A stretch of 59,515 bases of DNA, counting the filler. It is 5 parts of 5 records of this genome, joined end to end, with 100 filler letters (N's around TTAATTAATTAA, not from the genome) between each part and the next. Parts side by side here need not be neighbours in the genome. Positions count along the whole stretch, not along the records: positions 15,918 to 31,903 come from SRR31156797_5184; 4 more parts are not named here. One strand, given 5' to 3'. Every line of letters starts with the position of its first letter. Position 1 is the first letter of the stretch. A program made the translations under genes and the position numbers. Under the pieces are notes generated by a model. The model was given only the letters and a program-made list of their open reading frames with translations. It searched no databases and was not told the DNA's origin. Below are positions 18,363 through 27,735 of the stretch, one piece after another.

Positions 18363-19063
18363 ATTTAAAAAAGCAGATCCCTTTAAAAACGATTCTAGTT
18401 TCCCTTTTAGTATCATTTATTATTATCGTTTTAATTCAGGTTTTTCTAGGAATTGAACAGACTAATAACTCTTTAGGTCAATCGCTTTTACAAATGAATC
18501 TAGAACAAACGGGGAGTGCCAATGCCGTAACTTCAGTAGTAACCTATTTTCGAGCTTTAGATACTTTAGGAGAAGTAACCATTTTATTTTTATCAATTTT
18601 TGGAATCTCTTTAACTTTAGAAAATCTCTCAAATAAATCAAATATTTTTGCCTATGAAAATAAGATCTTACAAATTGGAACTAAAGTGATTGCACCACTT
18701 ATTATTCTATTTGGAATCTATATTATTTTACATGGACATCTAAGTCCCGGAGGTGGATTTCAAGGGGGTGTAATAATTGCAAGTGGTTTTCTTTTACACT
18801 TTCTTGCATATGGAGATGGATTTAATCTAAACCATAAAATAGTTACTCTTTTTGAGTCTTTAAGTGGAGCTGGATTTATCATAGCTGGAATCTTATCTTT
18901 TCTTTTAGTGAATCAGTTTTTAGGAAACTTTCTTCCTTTAGGGGAAGTTAGAAACCTTTTTAGCGCAGGTATTATCCCTATCATCTATATTTTTGTAGGG
19001 CTAAAAGTCGCTTCAGAGATCACAGTGATGATCGAATATTTTTTAAAGGGAAAAGATGTTTGA
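18359..19063 (+). CDS. mnhB: Mrp antiporter subunit B (fused MbhE/F type; MbsE equivalent)
   Basis: NAVTSVVTYFRALDTLGE, HGHLSPGGGFQGG. Confidence 0.92.
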   Translation: MNLKKQIPLKTILVSLLVSFIIIVLIQVFLGIEQTNNSLGQSLLQMNLEQTGSANAVTSVVTYFRALDTLGEVTILFLSIFGISLTLENLSNKSNIFAYENKILQIGTKVIAPLIILFGIYIILHGHLSPGGGFQGGVIIASGFLLHFLAYGDGFNLNHKIVTLFESLSGAGFIIAGILSFLLVNQFLGNFLPLGEVRNLFSAGIIPIIYIFVGLKVASEITVMIEYFLKGKDV

Positions 19064-19442
19064 GTTTTTCAATGACCCTAAAATAATCTCTTCAAGTGTT
19101 CTTATAGGATCTTTTATTATCTTTGGAATAGCACTTTTAGGGGTTATGATCCAAAAAAATCTCATCAAGATATTTATCGCTTTATCGATTGCAGAAGCGA
19201 GTCTCTTTTTATATTTTATAGGAAGCCATTTTAGTCATGGAAAGGTTGCTCCGATTGTGACTGACTCAGTAAAAGAGTTTAGTCCACAAATGGCTGATCC
19301 AGTTCCACAAGCGATGATATTAACCACTATCGTAATAGCTATTGCAGTTTTAGCATTAGCATTATCATACATTACTAAGTATTATTCTTTTACAAAGAAT
19401 CTTGATATTTCTAAAATGGATGAGTTAGGAGAGGACAAATGA
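19056..19442 (+). CDS. mnhC: Mrp antiporter subunit C (MbxG equivalent)
   Basis: KNLIKIFI, DPVPQAMILTTIVI. Confidence 0.92.
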   Translation: MFEFFNDPKIISSSVLIGSFIIFGIALLGVMIQKNLIKIFIALSIAEASLFLYFIGSHFSHGKVAPIVTDSVKEFSPQMADPVPQAMILTTIVIAIAVLALALSYITKYYSFTKNLDISKMDELGEDK

Positions 19443-20830
19443 GTTTATCTTTTTTTATTGCTCTTCCTTTATTATTGTCATTTTTAACACCGCTGTATAA
19501 AAATATCCTTGGATTTATCTCCATTACTATGCATTTAGCTTTATTTGGTTTTTTATTTTATTTCTATTCATTATTACCTATAAAAGAGTTTATTAGTTTT
19601 GATTCTCCGTTAGCTATTACTTTTGTGTTGGATCAAACCAATTTTATCCTCTTATCATTATTTATAAGTGTTTCATTTTTTATTACACTATTTTCTTTAA
19701 ACACTGGCATCAATAGAGAAAAATTTATCGCCACTTCTCTTCTTTTAGTAGGAGTAATGGGACTACTTTTAAGTATAGATATTTTTAATATCTATATCTT
19801 TTTTGAGATAGCAAGTATAAGCAGCTATATTTTAAGTTCACTCAATAAAGATAAACAAGCCTATGGAGCTGCTATTCGATATATGATTATTGGAGCAGTT
19901 GCTTCAATATTTTTATTACTTGGAATTATCCTTATCTATTTAAATCTTGGGACGTTAAATCTTTATACGATAGGGGAGATTTTTTATACACTCTCAACTA
20001 GCTTGCAGTTTATTATTTTTATCTCTTTTCTTATTGGTTTTGGGATTAAAAGTGAGATATTCCCTTTAAATTTTTGGGTAGCAGATATCTATCAAGGAAC
20101 TACCTCTTTAAATGCTTCATTTTTTAGTGGAATCGTTTCATCAACTTATATTTTTGTACTTTTTTCAGTATTACGTTTTTTTACTATTGAAGAGAATATC
20201 CTATGGGCTTTAATGCTTATTGGAGGGCTTAGTTTTTTAACAGCTGAACTCTCAGCATTAAAAGCAAAACATCTAAAAAGAATTTTTGCTTTTTCTACCA
20301 TGGGACAATTAGGAGTGATGTTTTTAGCTTTTGCTTCAAATAATCAAACAGTGATAAGTGGAGCACTCTATCTTATGGTGATCCACTCAGTTGCAAAATT
20401 AAGTCTTTTTTTATCTTTAGATATTTTGGAAAAACATTTTGAAAAGCTTTCTATTGATATTTTTCAAAAACTTGAATCACTCTTTTTAATAATAGTTTTT
20501 ACTATAGGCTTTTTATCCATCTTAGGGATTCCACCGTTTGGAGGATTTATTGCAAAACTTACTATTTTACAAGGATTGGGAGAGATACAAGCATATGGTT
20601 TTATTGGCTTGATTCTTATTATTTCTATCATTGAAGCAGTATACTTTTTTAGACTCCTTAGTTTTAATGTAAAAAAAGAAAACCCAATAAAAATTCAAAT
20701 ACCATTTATCCAAAAAATGGTATTGATTATTCTCTCTCTAAGTCTTTTATATCTAGGAATTTTCCCAGATTGTCTAATGGACTTAGTTTATGAAGCAGCA
20801 AATAGTTTTGTAAGGAATACATATGTTTAG
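19439..20830 (+). CDS. mnhD: Proton-translocating antiporter-like subunit (MrpD/MbxH)
   Basis: DIFNIYIFFEI, GIKSEIFPLNFW, KRIFAFST, GIPPFGGFIAK. Confidence 0.9.
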   Translation: MSLSFFIALPLLLSFLTPLYKNILGFISITMHLALFGFLFYFYSLLPIKEFISFDSPLAITFVLDQTNFILLSLFISVSFFITLFSLNTGINREKFIATSLLLVGVMGLLLSIDIFNIYIFFEIASISSYILSSLNKDKQAYGAAIRYMIIGAVASIFLLLGIILIYLNLGTLNLYTIGEIFYTLSTSLQFIIFISFLIGFGIKSEIFPLNFWVADIYQGTTSLNASFFSGIVSSTYIFVLFSVLRFFTIEENILWALMLIGGLSFLTAELSALKAKHLKRIFAFSTMGQLGVMFLAFASNNQTVISGALYLMVIHSVAKLSLFLSLDILEKHFEKLSIDIFQKLESLFLIIVFTIGFLSILGIPPFGGFIAKLTILQGLGEIQAYGFIGLILIISIIEAVYFFRLLSFNVKKENPIKIQIPFIQKMVLIILSLSLLYLGIFPDCLMDLVYEAANSFVRNTYV

Positions 20831-22451
20831 TTTTGAGGTAACAGCTTTAGGAAATCTATTTTTTATTTTACAGCTTTGTGTATTTCTATCCCTTATATTT
20901 TTAATCAATATGAAAAAAGAGATTCTTTTATATACCCTTTTATTTGTCTCCTTTACAATGATCTTTTATGCGGATAACTTTTTAACACTCTTTATCGGAT
21001 GGGAGATTATGGGGTGGAGTAGTTTTTTTCTTATGGGAAAAAATACCCAAGTACAAACCTTACAAAAATATATTGTTTTTAATCTAGCTGGAGCCTTTGC
21101 TTTTTTAGGAGCTATTATCCTTATTTACAGTTTTTGTGGAAGTTTTTCTTATCATCTATTAGAGCTTGCTAAAATCCCGTTAGAGTTTATATTTTTGATC
21201 TCCACTTTATTTATGATAACTATTTTTATAAAATCAGGTGTGGTACCATTTCATTTTTGGATCGTAGATAGTTATAAGGAATCAAATCATACCTTTAGTG
21301 CAATGTTAAGTGCTTTGATCTCTAAAGCTGGGATATTTTTATTTTTACTTGTTTTTTATAAACTCTCTTTTTTAACTCTAAATGATGGAAAATATTTCTT
21401 TACTATTGTAGCATGGCTTGGAGCTATCACTTCAATTATTACAACCTTTAAAGCGATCTATCAAGATGAGATAAAAAAACTTTTAGCCTACTCCTCTATT
21501 GCTCAAATAAGTTATATTATCACTATTTTAGCGATTGTAAGTGATAGTGCTATGGGAGCTGCATTGTATCATACGATTATCCATCTTTTTGTAAAACTTC
21601 TTTTATTTATTAATGTAGCTGCACTTATTGTTATTAGTACCAAAGAGAAGTTTGAAGATTTTGGAGCACTTTTATATAAATATCCAGTGGCATTTATCTC
21701 TTTAGTTATTGGAATCATAGTTCTTGCTGGAATGCCACCACTTGGAGGTTTTAGTAGTAAGTTTTTAATCTATACAACATTACTAGAACAAAAAGAGGGA
21801 TTTTTATTAGCTGCTGTGATGTTTAGCGGTGCCGCTTCATTTCTTTACTGTTATAAATTAGTCTATGGGATCTATTTAGGATCACCTACAAAAAGCTCAC
21901 GTGAAATCACAAAACCGATTCCAAAACGTTTTTATATTCCACAGATACTAGCTGTGATCGTAGTAGTAGTCTTAGGAGTTTTCCCAGCAAGTGTAATTCC
22001 ATATTTTAATACTATTTTAAATGAGATGGGGTATGCTAGCTTAATATATTCAGATATTTTTACACTGGAAAGTCCTTTTGGTTCATTTAATGGTGGAGTG
22101 GTGATTGGAGTATTTGTTGCTTTATTTATCCTAATTTTACTTTTACTTTTAAGATTAAAAAATAAAGTAAGAGCTGTAGATGATCAGTATGATATCAGCT
22201 ACTGTGGAGAGGTGCCGAGTGAGCAAAACAATCTTCACTTTGGGTATGGGATGGCAAAAGAGATACGACGGATCAGTTTTATAAAAGTGATCCTTTTTAA
22301 TAGTTCAAAAAAGTTTTGGGATAATCTGGTGAAGTTTTTCTATGATGCCTCTGATATCTTAAGGTCACTTTATAATATAAGCGTACAAAATAGTGTGTTA
22401 GTGATGGTTGCTGTTTTTGCTATTGCATTAGCCTATGGAGTAACAAAATGA
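20823..22451 (+). CDS. Second proton-translocating antiporter-like subunit (MbxH-prime; NuoL/M family)
   Basis: LFIGWEIMGWSS, KSGVVPFHFW, KKLLAYSSIAQ, GMPPLGGFSSK, C-terminal YCGE extension. Confidence 0.88.
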   Translation: MFSFEVTALGNLFFILQLCVFLSLIFLINMKKEILLYTLLFVSFTMIFYADNFLTLFIGWEIMGWSSFFLMGKNTQVQTLQKYIVFNLAGAFAFLGAIILIYSFCGSFSYHLLELAKIPLEFIFLISTLFMITIFIKSGVVPFHFWIVDSYKESNHTFSAMLSALISKAGIFLFLLVFYKLSFLTLNDGKYFFTIVAWLGAITSIITTFKAIYQDEIKKLLAYSSIAQISYIITILAIVSDSAMGAALYHTIIHLFVKLLLFINVAALIVISTKEKFEDFGALLYKYPVAFISLVIGIIVLAGMPPLGGFSSKFLIYTTLLEQKEGFLLAAVMFSGAASFLYCYKLVYGIYLGSPTKSSREITKPIPKRFYIPQILAVIVVVVLGVFPASVIPYFNTILNEMGYASLIYSDIFTLESPFGSFNGGVVIGVFVALFILILLLLLRLKNKVRAVDDQYDISYCGEVPSEQNNLHFGYGMAKEIRRISFIKVILFNSSKKFWDNLVKFFYDASDILRSLYNISVQNSVLVMVAVFAIALAYGVTK

Positions 22452-23323
22452 TAGATATATTTTTAATGATTCTTATAGCATATGGATTTGGGTTTTTATA
22501 TTCAGGGCTTTATAGAAATATCAGTGCAAGGGTTCATGGAAGATATGGTCCCTCTTTAGCACAATCTTTTTTTGATAGTATCAAGCTTTTTTCCAAAGAA
22601 AACTCTACCAATTTTGGATGGATGTTTTATCTAGGTCCCGTGATTATGGCAAGTGGAGCGATTCTTACAGTTCTTTTTATTCCATTTTTAAATCATGGGG
22701 AGTTCTTAACAGGATTTAGCTCTTACGGAAATCTTATTATCATATTATACTTTATGGTTCTAGGGCCTTTAGGAAATGCTTTAGGAATAGGAAGTAATGG
22801 AAACCCTTTTGGGGTAATGGGAGTTTCACGAGGGCTCACTCGACTCATAGGCTTAGAGCTTCCATTTTATATAGCAATGATTGGTCTAATGATGGCAAAT
22901 GGAACCGCTGATATCTCAGTCATTATGGCAAATCAGCAAGAGGGCTATAACGCCTTTACTTATCCACTTTTATTTATTGCTGCTTTTATTTCATTTTTAG
23001 GTTTTATGGGAAAATCACCTTTTGATGTGGTAGGAGCTCCTCAAGAGGTATATAGTGGACCAGCAAGTGAATTTAGCGGAAAGTTTTTTGCATTAGCGAT
23101 GTCTCAAAGTGCAATGTTCTCTTTTGCTAAACTCTTATTGATGGTCAATCTATTTTTAGGTGGAGCAGATAATATTTTTGATCTAGTTCTTAAGACATTT
23201 ATATTATTTATCGCAGCAGTGTTTACAGGAAATGTATTTGGAAGATTAACAACGATTCAAAGTGTGGAGTTTTTAATAAAAGTTCCTACTGTTATAGCTC
23301 TTATCGGGTTAGCATTTATTTAA
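22448..23323 (+). CDS. nuoH: Complex I subunit 1 family membrane anchor (NuoH-like; MbxM)
   Basis: ARVHGRYGP, DSIKLFSKE, PFDVVGAPQEVYSGPASEFSG. Confidence 0.9.
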   Translation: MIDIFLMILIAYGFGFLYSGLYRNISARVHGRYGPSLAQSFFDSIKLFSKENSTNFGWMFYLGPVIMASGAILTVLFIPFLNHGEFLTGFSSYGNLIIILYFMVLGPLGNALGIGSNGNPFGVMGVSRGLTRLIGLELPFYIAMIGLMMANGTADISVIMANQQEGYNAFTYPLLFIAAFISFLGFMGKSPFDVVGAPQEVYSGPASEFSGKFFALAMSQSAMFSFAKLLLMVNLFLGGADNIFDLVLKTFILFIAAVFTGNVFGRLTTIQSVEFLIKVPTVIALIGLAFI

Positions 23324-23339
23324 AGAAAAAAGAGGAAAT

Positions 23340-24605
23340 ATGAAAAAAATAGTTTTATTATCAACAGTTACAGCCATGACATTATTAGCAACAAACGGAG
23401 ATCAAATGATGGGATATAGTCCTGTATCACGAGCTTTAGGTGGAACTGGAGTTGCTATCTTTAATGGATCATCAAATGCATTAACAAACCCTGCTTTACT
23501 TTCTAAAACAGGTGTAACCAATGAATTTTCATTTGGTGGAACTCTTTTTAGTCCAGATGTTCAGGTATCTACAACGGCAGGAAGTGTTGAAGATCCCACT
23601 GTTGGAGTAGATAAAACAAGTGATCAGGGTATAAGTATGATACCTGTGATTGCACTTTCTCATAGAGTTTCAGATACGACTGTATTTGGTCTTGGGATGT
23701 ATGGAACTGCAGGTATGGGAACAGATTGGAGAGGAAGTGATGTCAATGCTGCTCTTGGTCAAGTTGATCTTTATAATATGAGAAGCTCTTTGATGCTAAT
23801 GCAGTTTGCTCCATCTTTAGCTTATGGAACAGACTCTTTTGGAGTTGGATTTACTGGGATCATTCAATATGGTGCTTTAAGTATCGATTATGATACAGCA
23901 GATTATCTAGGAAATCCAACACATATAGGAAGTGGAGAATCAAATGATTTTGGATTTGGTTTTCAACTTGGAGGATATTATAATCTTACACCATCTTTAA
24001 CTCTAGGAGCAGTGTATAAATCAGCTATTGATATGGAATATAAAGATCAAATTAGTAAAGCTGCTTTGGCGTTTGGATATGGATCAACATCGACTGCATT
24101 AGCTGGCAAATCAGATCATCTTGAACAACCAGCTGAGATTGGGATTGGGATTGCATATGATATGAACAATATTATATATACAGCTGATATCAAAGAGATC
24201 CAATGGGGTGAAGCAAAAGGGTATAAAGATTTTGCTTGGGAAAATCAAACAGTAGTAGCTTTAGGGATTAAATATGTTCAAAAAAGCTATTGGTTAGGAG
24301 TTGGATATAACTATGGTGAAAATCCTATTCCAAATAATACAGATTCTACAAGCGTAGCAGGTGGGATGAATACTAATGGAGACACCATGAATCTTTTTAA
24401 TTATGCAATGTTTCCAGCTACTATCACTTCTGCATACTCTTTAGGTGGTGGATTTGATATGGGAGAAAATATGAGTATGGATCTTGCTTATACCTATGCT
24501 CCAAAAGTAAAAGATACAGTAAGTGGTACAACAGTTGGGGTTGGTGATATTACAACAAGCCATTCACAAAACGCTTTAACATTTGCATTTAACTTTAAAT
24601 TTTAG
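23340..24605 (+). CDS. OmpP1/FadL/TodX family outer-membrane channel
   Basis: Sec signal peptide, mature N-terminus TNG...SRALGGTGVA...NPA hatch motif, amphipathic beta-strands, C-terminal beta-signal FAFNFKF; 421 aa. Confidence 0.9.
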   Translation: MKKIVLLSTVTAMTLLATNGDQMMGYSPVSRALGGTGVAIFNGSSNALTNPALLSKTGVTNEFSFGGTLFSPDVQVSTTAGSVEDPTVGVDKTSDQGISMIPVIALSHRVSDTTVFGLGMYGTAGMGTDWRGSDVNAALGQVDLYNMRSSLMLMQFAPSLAYGTDSFGVGFTGIIQYGALSIDYDTADYLGNPTHIGSGESNDFGFGFQLGGYYNLTPSLTLGAVYKSAIDMEYKDQISKAALAFGYGSTSTALAGKSDHLEQPAEIGIGIAYDMNNIIYTADIKEIQWGEAKGYKDFAWENQTVVALGIKYVQKSYWLGVGYNYGENPIPNNTDSTSVAGGMNTNGDTMNLFNYAMFPATITSAYSLGGGFDMGENMSMDLAYTYAPKVKDTVSGTTVGVGDITTSHSQNALTFAFNFKF

Positions 24606-24624
24606 TAGTGATAAAGGGTCAAAG

Positions 24625-25236
24625 ATGCAAGAAGGTTTTACAAGTTACCAACAAAGTTTAGAAAATGAAGAAGAGTCTTTAAAATCTACCCAAACAGTTA
24701 TCCAAAAAGCGATAGATTGGTTCAGGTCTCGAAGTATGTTCGTTTTAGCCTATGGGACAGGATGTGGGGCAATTGAGATGCCACCTACATTTACAAGTAG
24801 ATATGATATAGAAAGATTAGGAGTAGTAGGAGTTGCTACTCCTAGACAAGCAGATATTTTAATCGTATCAGGGTATTGCTCTCCAAAAACTCTTAAAAGA
24901 GTAATTCGAAGTTATGAACAGATGAATGATCCAAAATATGTGATAGGACTTGGAAGCTGTACTATTAATGGTGGGATGTATTGGGATAGTTATAATACCA
25001 TTAAAAAGCTAGATGATTATATCCCCGTAGATATGTATGTCAATGGATGTATGCCAAGACCTGAAGCTTTGATAGAGGGATTTGTACAGTTACAAAACAA
25101 TATTCGGCATAGTACAAAAAAAGCCGGATATAAAAAATATCAAGATGAGTATACATTTTATCAAGCCAATCAAGAAAAACTTTTTGGAAAAAATAAAGCT
25201 CCAAAGTATCTAGAAAATTTTGCAGGGAATCTATAA
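24625..25236 (+). CDS. nuoB: NuoB-like Fe-S subunit (MbxJ/MbsJ type)
   Basis: GTGCGAIEMPP..SRYDIERLG, TPRQAD, GSCTINGGMYWDSY, GCMPRPE. Start set to ATG 24625 (RBS AAAGGG) to avoid overlap with the OMP gene. Confidence 0.92.
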   Translation: MQEGFTSYQQSLENEEESLKSTQTVIQKAIDWFRSRSMFVLAYGTGCGAIEMPPTFTSRYDIERLGVVGVATPRQADILIVSGYCSPKTLKRVIRSYEQMNDPKYVIGLGSCTINGGMYWDSYNTIKKLDDYIPVDMYVNGCMPRPEALIEGFVQLQNNIRHSTKKAGYKKYQDEYTFYQANQEKLFGKNKAPKYLENFAGNL

Positions 25237-25793
25237 TGTCAATAGAAAAGTTACAAGAGCATTTTGTAGTATGTCAAAAAGAGAGTACTTTATATAAAGT
25301 CTCTTTTTCAAAAAATGAGTTGGTAGAAAAGATAAAACTTCTTGATACTTTAGGGTTTATCACATTATCCATGATTAGCTGTACTGATTGGATAGAAGAG
25401 GAAAAGTTTTGTCTCAATTATATCTTAACGACAGAACAAAGAGATATAAACCTTTTATGCGAAGTAGAATTGGAGCGAGAAAATAGTTCTATACAAAGTA
25501 TAAGTGAGTTGTACCAGCAAGCTGAAATCTTTGAGCGAGATCTTTGGGAGATGTTTGGTATTGATTTTATAGGAAATAAAAATCTTGTAGAATTATCCTT
25601 AGAGGATTGGGAACATATCCCACCACTTCGACGTGAGTTTGATACTTTAGCTTTTGTGAATGAACATTTTGATTTTCGTAATGGAAGAGATGACAATAAA
25701 GATGTAAAAGTGGAACTAAAAAGAAGAAAAGAGGAAGCCAAAAAACTCAAAGAGCAAGAAGAATTGGCAAAAAAGGAAAATGATGGAGAATAA
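25236..25793 (+). CDS. nuoC: NuoC-like subunit (MbxK)
   Basis: CTDWIEE, FERDLWEMFGIDFIG, LEDWEHIPPLRREFDT. Confidence 0.9.
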   Translation: MSIEKLQEHFVVCQKESTLYKVSFSKNELVEKIKLLDTLGFITLSMISCTDWIEEEKFCLNYILTTEQRDINLLCEVELERENSSIQSISELYQQAEIFERDLWEMFGIDFIGNKNLVELSLEDWEHIPPLRREFDTLAFVNEHFDFRNGRDDNKDVKVELKRRKEEAKKLKEQEELAKKENDGE

Positions 25794-26892
25794 TAAACTT
25801 ATTAAGATTTTCCATGGACCACAGCACCCTGGAGTAACAGGAAATATGAGTGTAGAGCTTGATCTTTTAGGGGAAACTATCCAAAAAGCTACTACTCATG
25901 TAGGGTATCTTCATAGAGGTTTTGAAAAACTTGTGGAGAGACGAACAGTTATCCAAGCTTTTACTATCGTTTGTCGTATCTGTGTTCCTGAACCAGACCC
26001 AAATGAAGAGAACTTTGCAAGAGCCATTGAGAGTTTGGCTGGAATTGAGATCAGCGAAAAAGCAAAATATATAAGAGTGATGGTCTTAGAAATGGCACGT
26101 CTTGGAGCACAAATGCTTTGGATGGCTGGACAAAGTGGTAGTATAGGGATGGGAACTGTTGGACAGTGGAGTGTCTATGATAGAGATCTGATCCTTGATC
26201 TTTTTGAAGAGCTTACAGGAGGGAGGGTATATCATATGTATATCTATCCTGGAGGGGTAAGAAGAGAATTACCTGAAGGGTTTTTAGAAAAACTAGAAAC
26301 GTATTTAGATTATCTAGAAAAAAAGTTATCTAAATATGATAAGATCTTTTTTGATAATGTAACTTTTAAAAAAAGAGCTATGGGTGTAGGGATCGTAAAA
26401 GCTGGGCAGGCTTTAAAAAATGGATATGTAGGAGCAGTTCTAAGAGGCTCAGGTATTCAAAGAGATGTACGAAAAGACAATCCATATCTAGTCTATGATA
26501 AATTAGAGTTTGATATCCCAACTGCAAACGAAGGTGATGTATATGCAAGAGCAATGGTACGACGAGAAGAGATGAATCAATCTATCAAAATCTTACGTCA
26601 AGTGATCGCTCAGATGCCAAAAGAGGGTGAGATTATGCAAAAGCTTCCAAAGCATAGAAAATTCACTCTTCCAAAAGATGATGTCTATGTGGCAACAGAA
26701 TCAGCTCGAGGTGAGTTTGGATACTATATAGCAGGTGATGGATCTGAATATATTCGAAGGATGCAGGTAAAAGGACCTTCCATGATTCATGGGTTTCCTT
26801 TACTTGAAAAACTGTTAGTAAATGAAGAGTTGTCCAATGTGGCAATGATCATGAACTCTTTAGGGATATGCCCTCCGGAGATAGAGCGATGA
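25780..26892 (+). CDS. nuoD: NuoD-like large subunit without a NiFe site (MbxL/MbsL type)
   Basis: GPQHPG, GYLHRGFEKL, RICVPEPD, ESARGE, C-terminus CPPEIER. Confidence 0.92.
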   Translation: MMENNKLIKIFHGPQHPGVTGNMSVELDLLGETIQKATTHVGYLHRGFEKLVERRTVIQAFTIVCRICVPEPDPNEENFARAIESLAGIEISEKAKYIRVMVLEMARLGAQMLWMAGQSGSIGMGTVGQWSVYDRDLILDLFEELTGGRVYHMYIYPGGVRRELPEGFLEKLETYLDYLEKKLSKYDKIFFDNVTFKKRAMGVGIVKAGQALKNGYVGAVLRGSGIQRDVRKDNPYLVYDKLEFDIPTANEGDVYARAMVRREEMNQSIKILRQVIAQMPKEGEIMQKLPKHRKFTLPKDDVYVATESARGEFGYYIAGDGSEYIRRMQVKGPSMIHGFPLLEKLLVNEELSNVAMIMNSLGICPPEIER

Positions 26893-27275
26893 AAATAGAT
26901 ATAAAAGGGACAATTAACCCATTTAGTGCTTTAACAAAAGTTTTAGAGCATCCAAATACGGTTTGTTACCCAGAAGAGAAAAAAGCTGAGGTGGCTGGAT
27001 ATAGAGGGTTTCATACAAACCTTTTAGAACTCTGTATTGGGTGTGCAAACTGCCAAGATGTATGTATGAATGAAGCGATTGATATGGTTTTAATCGATGA
27101 GGATAAAAATCCAAAAAATAAAAGTGGCTGTATCCCAAGAATTGATTATGGAAGATGTTGCTGGTGTAGTTTATGTACCGATGTATGTCCTCCTGATTCA
27201 TTAAGATTAGAGAGTGATTGTATCTGGGCAGGTGATGATAGTAATGACTTTTTATATATGCCAAAGGATAAGTAA
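26889..27275 (+). CDS. nuoI: NuoI-like 2x[4Fe-4S] subunit (MbxN)
   Basis: YRGFH, CIGCANCQDVC, DYGRCCWCSLCTDVCP. ATG 26889 overlaps the upstream stop (ATGA). Confidence 0.9.
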   Translation: MKIDIKGTINPFSALTKVLEHPNTVCYPEEKKAEVAGYRGFHTNLLELCIGCANCQDVCMNEAIDMVLIDEDKNPKNKSGCIPRIDYGRCCWCSLCTDVCPPDSLRLESDCIWAGDDSNDFLYMPKDK

Positions 27276-27724
27276 TGATAGGGAAGTTTATTTTACTTTT
27301 TTTAGTATGGATTGGGCTTACAAACTCTTTGGCTGTAGATGAGCTATTAGTAGGGGCGATAGTTTCTTTGATAGTAGTCTATTTTTTTACAGATCGATCA
27401 AAGTTGAATCTTTTAAGTGTGCTTAAAAAATATATCCTTTTTATCCCTTTATTTTTAAAAGAGCTGATCATCTCTAATATAGAAGTAGCAAAAATAGTGT
27501 TAAGTCCAAAGGTAGATATAAAAAGTGGGATTGTGGAGATTCAAACAAAGTTAGAAAATGATTCAGATAAGTTACTTTTGGCAAACTCTATTACTTTGAC
27601 ACCTGGGACTTTAACTTTGGAGCTTAATGAAGATCATTTATATATCCATGTGTTAGATATGGAAAAAAATCCAAAAGCTCAGTTGGAAAAAAATATAGAA
27701 AAGTTTGAAAAAGTTCTTGTATAA
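27275..27724 (+). CDS. mnhE: Mrp antiporter subunit E (MbxA equivalent)
   Basis: SNIEVAKIVL, LANSITLTPGTLT, LYIHVL. Confidence 0.94.
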   Translation: MIGKFILLFLVWIGLTNSLAVDELLVGAIVSLIVVYFFTDRSKLNLLSVLKKYILFIPLFLKELIISNIEVAKIVLSPKVDIKSGIVEIQTKLENDSDKLLLANSITLTPGTLTLELNEDHLYIHVLDMEKNPKAQLEKNIEKFEKVLV

Positions 27725-27735
27725 AAGAACTTCTC

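Noticed and set aside
17544-27724. Calling the operon complex I, a group 4 NiFe hydrogenase or a plain Mrp antiporter
   Set aside because: No NuoA/E/F/G, NiFe CxxC pairs incomplete, and the Fe-S module rules out a stand-alone Mrp.
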